Below are positions 23,127-33,814 of a stretch of 64,000 bases of DNA, one piece after another; the first letter of the stretch is position 1; each line of letters begins with the position of its first letter. The translations under genes were made by a program, and so were the position numbers. The notes under the pieces are model-generated. The model saw nothing but the letters and a program-made list of their open reading frames with translations. It searched no databases and was not told where the DNA came from. The DNA is from Torpedo marmorata (Eukaryota), in contig OZ360220.1 of assembly GCA_977017645.1 (NCBI GenBank), positions 191,766,001 through 191,830,000 on the forward strand. Direction: 5' to 3'.

Positions 23127-26100
23127 ATGGCCGCAGCAGCCACTGATACAGCAGCTACTGATATATCAGCAGCTGACGCAGCAACCGCTGATGTTGCTGT
23201 TGAGGACCAACGTATTGAAGACATGAAGGTTGCGGATATTAAAGAAGAATTGAAGCGACTGAAAAGGGACATAAGTGGAAATAAAAAGGTTCTTATCGAA
23301 AGATTGAAGCTGGCAAAGGATGAAGAGGCAGCTTCATTAGTGGAACAAGAAGATAACTTGGAAATGGCTGAAATTGTGTCAACAAATGATGAACAATTTG
23401 AATTGGATAAAGAGGTAAGTATGAAGACAACATATGAACTGCAGGACGAAATACAAGCAAGTGACAGTGTCTCAAATGCTGAAAGCAGGAGAAGCAAAAG
23501 AAGTTCTGGTTCGAGCTCCAGAGTTTCTCGTACTTCAAGTTCTGCGTCGTCACGTACAAAGATTGATGTTAAATTGGCCGCTCTTCTTGCACAACAAAAA
23601 ACGCTTAAGGATAAATATATTTTGGAAGAAGAGGAGGAGCAGCTAAGACAAAAGGAGGAGCAACTAAAGGAGCAGCTAAGACAAAAGGAGGAGCAGCTAA
23701 GACAAGAGAAGGAGCAGCTAAGGAAGAGAAAAGAACTGCAGGAGCTGGAAGCAAACATTGCTATTGCCAAGGCAGAAAAGAAAGCAATAGAAGGCTCAAT
23801 GGTATCTGGTGCTAGCAGTAAATTATCTAAATTGTCTGATAATAAAAGGTCATATTTAAAAAAGGAGTCACAGGAAAAGAAACCAACCAAAAGGATAGAT
23901 ATTTTAGAACCAAGGATACAAAACTTACATATACAAGGACAAACCTTTCAAGAGCATATTGGTATCGAGTCATATGTACCAATGATAACATCTGAAAGCA
24001 AAGCTGCGGATTGGGTTCGGTCGAACGAAGTAAATTCTTTGTTATATGAGTCAAGCATCAGAAATGTGGAAGAAACTATACCAGTAAGGTATCCAGATAC
24101 ATTGCATGCAACAAGAAACGGTGAACAGAGCAATGTATTGTCGTCCAAGGAAATACAAAATGAAATTGCTGCATCATTGTTTCAGTTACAGTCTCTCTCT
24201 TCTTTACCCAAGAAAGAGATACAAACTTTTGATGGTCATCCACTTCAATATCAATCATTTATGAGATCTTTCAAACGCAATATTGAAGATAAATGCCAAG
24301 ATCGTGATGAATGTCTTTATTATTTGGAAATGTTTACAAAGGGACATCCAAAAGAACTGGTAAAAAGTTGTAATCAAATGTCTTCAGGAAGAGGATTAGA
24401 CAAAGCTAAGGATTTATTGGAACAATATTTTGGCAACAAGCATCGAATTGCTTTAGCTTATATGGATAAAGCTCTTAAATGGACATCAATAAAACAAAAT
24501 GATGTAAAGGCTTTGCAAGAATATACTTTGTTTTTAAGAGGATGTTGTAATGCTATGGAAGAAATCGATGGTATTCGTGAGCTTGATGTGCATAGTAATA
24601 TGCGAATCATTTTAGAAAAATTACCTTACAAGGTATGGGATAGATGGAGAAATTTGGCTTGTGATTTACAAGTAAATTATGGTCGAAAAACTACCTTAAA
24701 GGATTTGGTAAATTTTCTTGAACGACGGGTGTACGTTGAAACGGATCCACTATATGGAAATACCAGAGATAATTCAATGGGCAAAGATGTAAGAAAGTCT
24801 AATTCACAATCTAGTCCGAAAGTGAAAAGGAGTACTTTTGCTACTAATGTGCAAGTTATAAGTAAAGAAAATGACAAAGTAAATAAGGAAAAGGAAAGTT
24901 TGCCTAATGAAAGGAGTTGTTTGTTCTGTAAAGGTGGACATGCTTTGGAAATGTGTTTACGATTGGAAAAGAAGGAACATAAGGAAAGGATCGCTTTCTT
25001 AAAGGAAAATGGAATATGTTTTAGCTGTCTGTGTAAAGGGCACATCAGTAAAAACTGTGAGAAGCGAATTAATTGTAACATATGCAATTTGAAACATCCT
25101 AGAATTTTGCATATCCATAACAGAAACAAGGAATTGGAAAAGGAGCAAACAGAAACAAAGGAAACAACAGAAAATAATGTTATAACCTCGGTTCAGACAA
25201 GTGGTCTTACTGGGGCCGGGGTGAATAACTGCAAACTTTCAATAGTGCCTGTACAAGTCAAGGCCAAGAAAGGGGATGCAATAGTAAAAACATATGCATT
25301 TCTAGACCCAGGTAGCACTGCATCTTTTTGTACGGAAGGACTAATGAATAAACTTAATATTCAAGGAAGAAAATCAAGAATTATGTTAAAAACCATGGGA
25401 CAAGAAAAGGTTGTTGAAACTAATATTGTTTCAGGCTTAGAGGTTGCTGGATTAGATGACAAAAGGTTTTGTGATCTTCCAAGTGTATATACTCAGAAGA
25501 CTATGCCTGTGAACGAAGGAAATATTCCTCGTCAAAGTGATATCCATCATTTAGCTTATCTGTGGAAGGTTTATTTACCTGAAATTAATTCTGAGATAGA
25601 AATGCTGATTGGTTCAGATGTGCCAAAGGTTTTGGTACCAAAAGAAGTAATAGAAAGTAAAAGGAATGGACCTTACGCTATCAGAACCATACTTGGTTGG
25701 GCAATCAATGGACCAATGGAAAGAAATAATGATATTGATCAGGCACAGGTAGCGATAAATGTTAATAAAATTTCAGTTGAGAAAGTTGAAGAGTTAAGAG
25801 AAGAGCAAAAAACCGTGAATAAGAAAATTACTTATGAAGAAAAGAAAACAGATCAATGTAAAAATAAATCAGTGGTATTTAAAACAACATTGAAGAAATT
25901 AATTTCGTCAGAAATGGATGAAAGTGAAGTATTAGAAGATGTTGCAAATAATACTGTTGATCATTCATGTGTAATTGAATCAAATACAGGAATAAAACAA
26001 GTGACTGAAAACAAATCTGAATGTAGATTTTGTAGTTCAGAGATTACAATTGACAAAGCTAATGAAGAATTATTGCAATGTGATGTAAAAATGGAGAACA

Positions 26101-26852
26101 CAGAAAATTGTGCTGATGGAATAAAGAATAATGATTCAGAGAACAAAATGTTGAAAGGAGAATTGGAAATATTAAATAAGCAAGAAAACAGTAAACAGAA
26201 AGATTTAATTGTAAGTAAAACTCGCAAAGTCAGAAAGCGGAAGAAAAGAATAACTGCTGAAGAAATGAATACAGTTATTGAGGAAAGAGATTCAGCATTA
26301 TCAAAATGTAAAAGGTTGGAGGAAGAGATTAATGTTTTGAAAGAGAACAAGTTATTGGTTAATAACACAAAACAGTTGACTTTAAAAACCAATCAAGAAT
26401 GTAAATTGAATGTTCAACAATTAACAATGCAGAAAGAATGTGATATTGCATTGCAGATATGTAACAAACAAGATGAAGAAATTAAAAAATTTCAAGTTTG
26501 TCGCGACAGGATTGACAATGGAAATATCAATGTACCATATGATATTTTGACTTCAGATCAAATTATTAATTTCTCGGAAGGAGCTGAGACTGAATTGAAA
26601 GTTGCAAAATTGGATTTAGAATTGCAGGAAAGAGCCATAGAAACCAGAGTGGTTAAACAGACCTGTTTAAAATCGAAAGAATCAGATAAATATTCAAATT
26701 CTAATTCTAAGAGTTTAAATTCTTCACATGAGAAGTGGAATACTGAAGAAAGGAATAAAGTGAAACGACGTGCTGAAGAAGTGCCTTGTGTTAAATTCAA
26801 AAGAAAAACTGTATCTATTTTATCTGAGGAGGATTTGAGGTTTACTGGTTAA
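23127..26852 (+). CDS. Chimeric SAP-Gag-protease-coiled-coil (MIPOL1-like) polyprotein, ~1241 aa
   Basis: ATG in aaaATGG context at 23127; SAP-like IEDMKVADIKEELKRL..SGNKKVLIERL; BEL gag LPKKEIQTFDG; three Cys/His knuckles; PR AFLDPGS; then RITAEEM..EERDSALSKCKRLEEE. Confidence 0.85.
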   Translation: MAAAATDTAATDISAADAATADVAVEDQRIEDMKVADIKEELKRLKRDISGNKKVLIERLKLAKDEEAASLVEQEDNLEMAEIVSTNDEQFELDKEVSMKTTYELQDEIQASDSVSNAESRRSKRSSGSSSRVSRTSSSASSRTKIDVKLAALLAQQKTLKDKYILEEEEEQLRQKEEQLKEQLRQKEEQLRQEKEQLRKRKELQELEANIAIAKAEKKAIEGSMVSGASSKLSKLSDNKRSYLKKESQEKKPTKRIDILEPRIQNLHIQGQTFQEHIGIESYVPMITSESKAADWVRSNEVNSLLYESSIRNVEETIPVRYPDTLHATRNGEQSNVLSSKEIQNEIAASLFQLQSLSSLPKKEIQTFDGHPLQYQSFMRSFKRNIEDKCQDRDECLYYLEMFTKGHPKELVKSCNQMSSGRGLDKAKDLLEQYFGNKHRIALAYMDKALKWTSIKQNDVKALQEYTLFLRGCCNAMEEIDGIRELDVHSNMRIILEKLPYKVWDRWRNLACDLQVNYGRKTTLKDLVNFLERRVYVETDPLYGNTRDNSMGKDVRKSNSQSSPKVKRSTFATNVQVISKENDKVNKEKESLPNERSCLFCKGGHALEMCLRLEKKEHKERIAFLKENGICFSCLCKGHISKNCEKRINCNICNLKHPRILHIHNRNKELEKEQTETKETTENNVITSVQTSGLTGAGVNNCKLSIVPVQVKAKKGDAIVKTYAFLDPGSTASFCTEGLMNKLNIQGRKSRIMLKTMGQEKVVETNIVSGLEVAGLDDKRFCDLPSVYTQKTMPVNEGNIPRQSDIHHLAYLWKVYLPEINSEIEMLIGSDVPKVLVPKEVIESKRNGPYAIRTILGWAINGPMERNNDIDQAQVAINVNKISVEKVEELREEQKTVNKKITYEEKKTDQCKNKSVVFKTTLKKLISSEMDESEVLEDVANNTVDHSCVIESNTGIKQVTENKSECRFCSSEITIDKANEELLQCDVKMENTENCADGIKNNDSENKMLKGELEILNKQENSKQKDLIVSKTRKVRKRKKRITAEEMNTVIEERDSALSKCKRLEEEINVLKENKLLVNNTKQLTLKTNQECKLNVQQLTMQKECDIALQICNKQDEEIKKFQVCRDRIDNGNINVPYDILTSDQIINFSEGAETELKVAKLDLELQERAIETRVVKQTCLKSKESDKYSNSNSKSLNSSHEKWNTEERNKVKRRAEEVPCVKFKRKTVSILSEEDLRFTG

Positions 26853-26924
26853 CGTTTTGACTCGGATTGTGAAGATGGAAGAACTTTAAAGAGACATTGT
26901 GATTGTTATGGATGGTTCAACTTC

Positions 26925-27072
26925 AAGAAATTCCTGGTTACTTGGAAAAGATTATTGAGACTTTTCAAGACAAAGAGGACTTGTGCGTCAAGTGCGAATT
27001 AAAGCTAAGACTGGTTTTCTAAACAGACCTATTAACCAGGTCTGTCTTTTGTTGGAGACAGAGGAACTTTGA
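26925..27072 (+). pseudogene. Frameshifted remnant of the BEL integrase C-terminus
   Basis: Reads across shifts as RNSWLLGK/IIETFQD/KRGLVRQVRIKAKTGFLNRPINQVCLLLE, typical of the BEL pol end. Confidence 0.75.
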
Positions 27073-28123
27073 TAAATATAAACTGACTTTATTTGTTGTT
27101 GTATATTTCACAGGTTACAGACTTTTGTTGAATCAGAGTTATGGTAAACTCTAGATTTATGAAGAAGGAAGAAAGAAGATTTGTATTGTTTTGAATGTTA
27201 TGGTTATTATTATTTATAGTGTAATTATTATTCAAGACATTACGTCTAATTATAATAATTAGGGGCCGGTGTAAGAGCCGTAGGCTCGTTAACTTACCGT
27301 TGTTGCGGCGCTCCGATGTCTCGTCGGGCCTTGGAGCGCTTGCGTTGTTCTGTGGGCCGTCGTCGGCCCGTTCTTTGATATGCGCATGCGCGGGAGTGCC
27401 GACGGGCGCATGCGCAGTATGGAGTGACGTCATTGTGCGCGTGGGAGGCTGGGAGTTGTAGTATGCGCGGGGTAGGATGCGCAGAGCCATTAGAGAGAGA
27501 GAGAGAAGGAAAGGAAAAGATGTATGGAGGGTGAGTCTGGTCTCCACATCTTTATTGACCGTTTTATATCGTTTTATAATCGTTTTATAATGTTTTTATA
27601 ACTTCAACATCATCTACAGTGTTTCATATCGTTTTGGAATTGTTTAAGGAATAATTTAAAGGAACTCATCATACATTGTTTACAAGAACTGTTTATATTA
27701 AAGTCATTGAAGATTACTGCAAGTCATGTGTGAAAATAAAGGTTTTGAACATATTGGACTTTGTTAGTAAATTAATTAAAACGCGTCAAAAGCAAGGACC
27801 ACACTTAGCCTCCAGGTGACTATTGGTGGAGCGAAGTCACCGTTACTTATACTTTTCGTGCACTAATATTTATATTTTTTATAGTAATGTTGTAAGATGG
27901 TTATAATATGAATGTTTGCACTATGATGCTGCCGCAAAACACCGAATTTCATGACTTGTTCATGACAATAAATTCTGATTCTGATTCTTGTGTGTGATCA
28001 GCCTCTGACATGAAAGGTTTCTCATCTCACACTTGTCAATTTGGCAATTTACCTTGAGTCTATGTCCTCTGATCATCATTAAAGCTCTCTGATTCCATGT
28101 GATACTTGAGACAAGGACAGGCC

Positions 28124-31100
28124 TGATACGCCCATCAATAACTCCAAAAGACTGGAAGTTACACAAGAACTGAAAGGCTTTTATTAGCTACAGAATGGAT
28201 CTACATTCGTGCTGGTGATCTGTCCCGGACTGGGGAAGGAGTTGTGGCACAATGGCCTTAATTCAAGGGGGGTAGTGGGAGGAGCCACCGGGACAGTCAG
28301 CAGGACATGTCCAAACCTATCACCAGCCCACAATACATATACAGTGGTTTGCCACATTCACCCCTCCTTTTAAAAGAGTCCAGCGGGGTGAAGTGAACAC
28401 TACAACACATCTAAAATATATTACAGTCATAGATCAAGTCGATCAGACGGTCGAGTCTGACGTCGTGATCGGCGCAGTACTTGTGATGGGACAGGCAGCG
28501 GAGCCACCTCCTGCCTGGTTTGGGGTACCGGAACGTCGGGTGACGGCGAAAGTGCTGGTGAATGTGGTGTCGTGGTGGGATCGAATGGTGCATCTTGTGT
28601 TTGCACGGGGGTAATCGTAACAAGGGGGTGTTCGAGGGCGGGTTCCGGTGCTCCTGCGGGCGCCAGGTCCCGGATGGAGACGGTGTCTTCCCGCCCATCA
28701 GGGAAGACCACGTAGGCGTACTGGGGGTTGGCATGGGCTAACTGGACCCTCTCGACCATTGGGGCGTATTTACTGCTCCTGATATGTTGGCGGAGCAGCA
28801 CTGGCCCTGGGGACGTCAGCCATGCTGGTAGGGTAGTCCCGGTGGTCGACTTCCTGGGGAAAGAAAAGAGTCTCTCATGAGGAGTCGCGTTGGTGGACGT
28901 ACATAGCAGGGACCGGGAATGGAGGGCCTCGGGAAGGACTTCCTGCCAGCGGGAGACTGGTAATCCTTTAGACCTGAGTGCTAAGAGAGTGGCCTTCCAG
29001 ACCGTGGCGTTCTCTCTTTCCACCTGTCCGTTACTCCGAGGATTGTAGCTTGTGGTCCTGCTAGTGGCGATACCCTTTGCCAGCAGATATTGTCGCAGCT
29101 CGTTGCTCATAAATGCGGACCCCCGGTCACTATGGATGTAGCAGGGGAAACCGAACAGGGTGAAGAGTTTGCGAAAAGCTCTTATGACAGAGGTGGCCGA
29201 GGTATCGGGGCAGGGAATGGCGAAAGGGAACCGCGAGTACTCATCAATAACGTTGAGGAAGTACAAGTTGCGGTCGGTGGAGGGGAGGGGACCCTTGAAG
29301 TCGACGCTGAGTCGCTCGAAAGGGCGGGTCGCCTTAACTAGCTGTGCCCTGTCAGAGCGGTAGAAATGCGGTTTGCACTCCGCGCAGACCTGGCAGCTGC
29401 TGGTCATCACCCTGACCTCTTCTAGGGAGTACGGTAGATTACGTGCCTTCACAAAATGAAACAGCCTGGTAACTCCGGGGTGGCAGAGGTCACAGTGGAG
29501 GGCATATAACCGGTCGATCTGTGCGCTAGCGCATGTCCCCCGGGATAGAGCATCGGAGGGCTCATTGAGCTTCCCGGGCCAGTACATAATATCGTAGTTG
29601 TCGGTGGAGAGTTCGATTCTCCACCTCAGGATTTTGTCGTTTTTGATTTTACCCCGCTGCTGGTTGTTGAACATAAATGCGACTGAGCGCTGGTCAGTCA
29701 GCAGGGTAAACCTTTTGCCGGCAAGATAGTGCCTCCAGTGCCTGATAGCTTCCACTATGGCTTGGGCCTCTTTCTCCACCGCTGAGTGCCGAATTTCTGG
29801 GCCTTGAAGGGTACGGGAGAAGAACGCCACCGGTCTTCCTGCCTGGTTGAGGGTAGCAGCCAGTGCGAAGTCGGACGCGTCACTCTCTACTTGGAAGGGA
29901 GTGGACTCGTCCACCGCGTGCATTGCTGCTCTAGCAATGTCCCCTTTTATGAGGTCGAAAGCCTCACGTGCCTCCGCTGCAAGGGGAAAAGTGGTGGACT
30001 TGACTAGGGGGCGGGCCTTGTCTGCATAATTAGGGACCCATTGGGCGTAGTATGAAAAGAAGCCCAAGCACCTTTTGAGGGCTTTGAGGATGTGGGGAAG
30101 CGGTAGTTCCAACAGGGGGCGCATGCGGTCGGGGCCGATGACCCCGTTCTCCACGACACACCCCAGGATAGCGAGTCGGGTGGTCCCGAACACGCACTTA
30201 TCCTTGTTGTAGGTGAGATTAAGTGCTTTGGCTGCCTGGAGGAACTTCCGGAGGTTGTTGTCGTGGTCCTGGCGATCGTGACCACAGATAGTGATATTGT
30301 CCAAGTACGGGAAGGTGGCTTTTAGATTGTACTGGTCCACCATCCTGTCCATCTCCCTCTGGAAGACGGATACCCCATTTGTGACCCCAAAGGGGACGCG
30401 CAGGAAATGATAGAGCCTGCCGTCCGCCTCGAAGGCGGTGTAAGTGCGGTCTTCTCGGCGGATGGGGAGCTGGTGGTAGGCAGACTTGAGGTCTATGGTG
30501 GAGAAGAGCTTATATTGTGCTATCTGGTTAACCATATCCGCAATGCGTGGCAGGGGGTACGCGTCAAGCTGCGTGAACCTATTGATAGTGTGGCTGTAAT
30601 CCACCACCATCCTATTTTTGTTCCCGTTCTTCACGACGACCACCTGGGCCCTCCATGGACGTGCTCGGTTCAATGATCCCCTCCCCGAGTAATCGCCTCA
30701 CCTCTGACTTGATGAATGCCCTGTCCCCTGCGCTATATCTCCTGCTTTTGGTCGCCACAGGTTTACAGTCAGAGGTCAGGTTGGCGAATAGCGACGGGGG
30801 CGGGATCTTGCGGGTGGATAGACCGCAGGTAGTGTGGGGTGTGTTTTTGAGGAACTGGTGATTACCGACGGTAATCGATGGGAGGGGCCCGTCATATTTC
30901 ATGGTAACGCTCTGGAGGTGGCTCTGGAAATCGAGGCCCAGTAGTACAGGTGCACACAGTCGGGGCATGACCAATAGCGTGAAGTCCCGGTATTCCGTGC
31001 CCTGTACTACTATCGTCGCCACACAACCCGCCCGGATGTCTGTTGTGTGTGACCCGGAAGCCATGGCAACCCTTTGGCTTACCGGCAGTGTCACGAGGCC

Positions 31101-32565
31101 ACATCGCTGCACTGTGTCGGGGTGGATAAAGCTTTCAGTGCTGCCTGTGTCGAACAGGCAGTTTGTCCTGTGTCCCTCGACCAGAATGTCCATCATTGAC
31201 CTCGATAGTTGATGGGGTGCACTCTGGTCGAGTGTCACTGACGCCAGTGTAAGGTCGCTGTCTTGATCCGACGTCGCGATGGAGTGGCCGCTGTCCCGGG
31301 GTGGCGGCACCCAGTGTCGGCTCGCCGGCGCGGAAGAAGATGGCCGTCCCCATGGATCGCACGTGTTGGGGCCGGGTCGGTAAAATGGCGGCGCCGGAAG
31401 TGAAGCGTCGGGTTGATAAATTGGCGGCGCTGGAAGAGACGAGGCCAAAGATGGCTGCCCCCATTCCTCGCACATGTTGGCAGCGGCGGGTGGGTAGGAC
31501 GGCGGCGGAAGTGACGTCACCGAAGATGGCCGCCCCCGGGTCTCGCACGCGGTGCTGCTCGAACCCGCTCTCGGCTTTGAGCGGCAGACCTTGGTAAAGT
31601 GGCCTTTCTTACCGCAGCTGGAGCAGGTCGCTTCGCGGGCCGGGCAACGTTTTCGGGGGTGCTTCTCAAGCCCGCAGAAATAGCATTTCTCGGGCTCGCG
31701 GCTGATGGCAGCAGTAGTCGGGTCGCTAGCAGGGTGGGGGGTCGGTGGCATCCACGGGGCCTGCTGGAGATCGCGCGCTTGAATGGCTTCTGAGTTCTGC
31801 AGCGCGGCCTCCAGCGTGTTGGCCAGTTCGATCGCCGAACGGAAGGTCAGGTCAGCTTGTTCCAGCAGTCGCTGGCACACGTACACTGACCTGATCCCCG
31901 TGACAAAGGTGTCTCTCCCTAGCAACTCTGCATGCTGCTCGGCCGTCAGCGCCCTGCAGTCGCACGCCCGCACGAGTGTCTGTATGGTCCGTACGAACTC
32001 CGCGATCGACTCCCCGGGCCGCTGCTGCCGCGTCGTTAGCCTGTGCCTCGCGTATACAGAGTTCACAGACCGTATATACTGACGTTTCAGTGCATTCATC
32101 GCCTCCTCGTAGGTCTGCCCATCGTGGATCATTGAGTAAACTCGTGGGCTTACCCTCGAGAGGAGGACCTTGAGTTTTTCCGCGTCGTCCCGCACCTTGA
32201 TCTCCTGTAGGAACGACTCAAAACAGACTAGCCAGAGTTCGAAGGCGTTACTGGCGTCCGATGCCTGCGGGTCGATGTCCAGTTTGTCTGGTCTCAGAAT
32301 GCTCTCCATTTTTACAGTGTAGCTAATAAAATTGATACGCCCATCAATAACTCCAAAAGACTGGAAGTTACACAAGAACTGAAAGGCTTTTATTAGCTAC
32401 AGAATGGATCTACATTCGTGCTGGTGATCTGTCCCGGACTGGGGGAGGAGTTGTGGCACAATAGCCTTTATTCAAGGGGGGTAGTGGGAGGAGCCACCGG
32501 GACAGTCAGCAGGGCATGTCCAAACCTATCACCAGCCCACAATACATATACAGTGGTTTACCACA
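28124..32565 (-). mobile_element. Ty3/Gypsy LTR retrotransposon C (same family as A), disrupted
   Basis: 233-bp LTRs 28124-28356 and 32333-32565 (~5 differences); TSD AGGCC (28119-28123, 32566-32570). Confidence 0.95.
28427..32309 (-). pseudogene. Gypsy C gag-pol with a frameshift near 30670
   Basis: ORFs 30612-32309 and 28427-30673 collinear with B/D; small in-frame deletions (GPDRMRP, LHSRSLL); RT YLDN. Confidence 0.9.
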
Positions 32566-32570
32566 AGGCC

Positions 32571-32927
32571 AGAGTCCCAAAACAGTCTAATCTGAGCTCT
32601 GCCATGGGAAGAGATTATCAGACTGACAGAGGGGGAAAAAAAATCAAGATCTGTTCAGAGACTTCTTGAAAAATGCAACCAGGAACCTCTGAGCCGTAAC
32701 TGCTCAAAATGGAGAAGGAGCATTCTGCCTGGTATTAAGAACATTAGGGGCATGGAACAGGGGGCACACAGAAATACAAAAGGGGCTTAACCTCATTACC
32801 CATCCCTTTCTGCCCTATCTGTGGAAGTGACTTCAGTTCCCACATTTGCCTCATCAGCCACCTTAGGACACATAAAACCAGAGTGGAAGTGAGTAATCCT
32901 CAATCCCAAGAGGCTGGCTGAGAAGAA
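32571..32927 (+). mobile_element. Old RTE-like LINE 3' remnant
   Basis: Terminal CPICGSDFSSHICLISHLRTH zinc-finger-like frame at ~32809-32873 followed by a short tail. Confidence 0.5.
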
Positions 32928-33814
32928 CTGGGAGCGGTTTCTCAGGTCTGATATTATGGATTTGCACCTTACTTTATTTGGCTCTGTGTTCGGAAAATAT
33001 CAGAATTCAGCAAAGGAGGACCAATGCATTGATAGAGGAGGGAAGGCAGAATGCATGAAGGAAAAAAAACTGCAGATTCTGTAAATCTGAAACATAAATA
33101 GAAAAGGCTGAGAATACCAAGCAGGTCAGGCAGCCTCTGAGGAGACATTAGATCATTGACATGAAACTTTAACTCCCTCTCCACAGATGTTGCCTGGCTT
33201 GCTGTGCATTTCCAACATGTTTTGTTTTCATTTAAGTAGAATAAAAGCATAGGCTAGCAAGAAACATTAAAACAGATTTTTAGAACTTCTATAACTTTGT
33301 GAAAAAGGAAAAGATGGATTAAAATTAACGTGGGTCGTGTAGAGCAGGAGAAATCATATTGGGGAATTAACATTTTATCTGTATTCCCGGAGGAGGTCAT
33401 GGTAAACTTCCTGGAATTACAGGAGAACTAAAGGTTCAGAGTGAATGAGAAGCTCCCAACCTGCACGACTTTGGGAGGGAGGAGGAAACTGGAGCACTCA
33501 CAGGAAGCTCAGGATGATGCAGACTGCACACAGACATCACCAGATGTCCCATTTGAACCCAGATCACTGGAGTTCTGAAGCAGCAATTCTATTAGATGTA
33601 CAACCGTGTTGCCATTTGAGATGCTAATGGCACTGGAAGGCAATAAATCCCCAGGCTCTGACGACCTGGATCCTACGATCTTGACAGATATTGCTCTGAA
33701 GGAAATGGCTGTACATGTCGATATCTTCCAAAGTTCTGCAATCTCTACAATGGTTCCTACGGCCAAATTTAATCCTATAATTAAAGAAAGAAGTAAGATA
33801 GATAGCAGGGAACT

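Larger units (their letters stand above)
22099..27851 (+). mobile_element. Non-autonomous BEL/Pao LTR retrotransposon derivative
   Basis: 582-bp LTRs 22099-22680 and 27270-27851 (one difference seen); ends TGTAAG..CTTATA; duplication CTTTTCG; BEL-type gag and protease; no RT, RH or IN core. Confidence 0.92.
21250..27988 (+). mobile_element. 5'-truncated Rex1/Babar LINE (21250-22098 and 27859-27988), interrupted in its 3'UTR by the BEL element
   Basis: ORF to 22070: GAPQGCVLS..ADD..LNVSKTKEMIVDFRR..LSWSLHVDAITKKARQRLYF; 3'UTR resumes at 27859 and ends in (attctg)n. Confidence 0.9.

Noticed and set aside
23021-23890. 289-aa antisense ORF over the BEL gag
   Set aside because: Low-complexity mirror of the Glu/Lys/Gln-rich coding strand; no recognisable domain.
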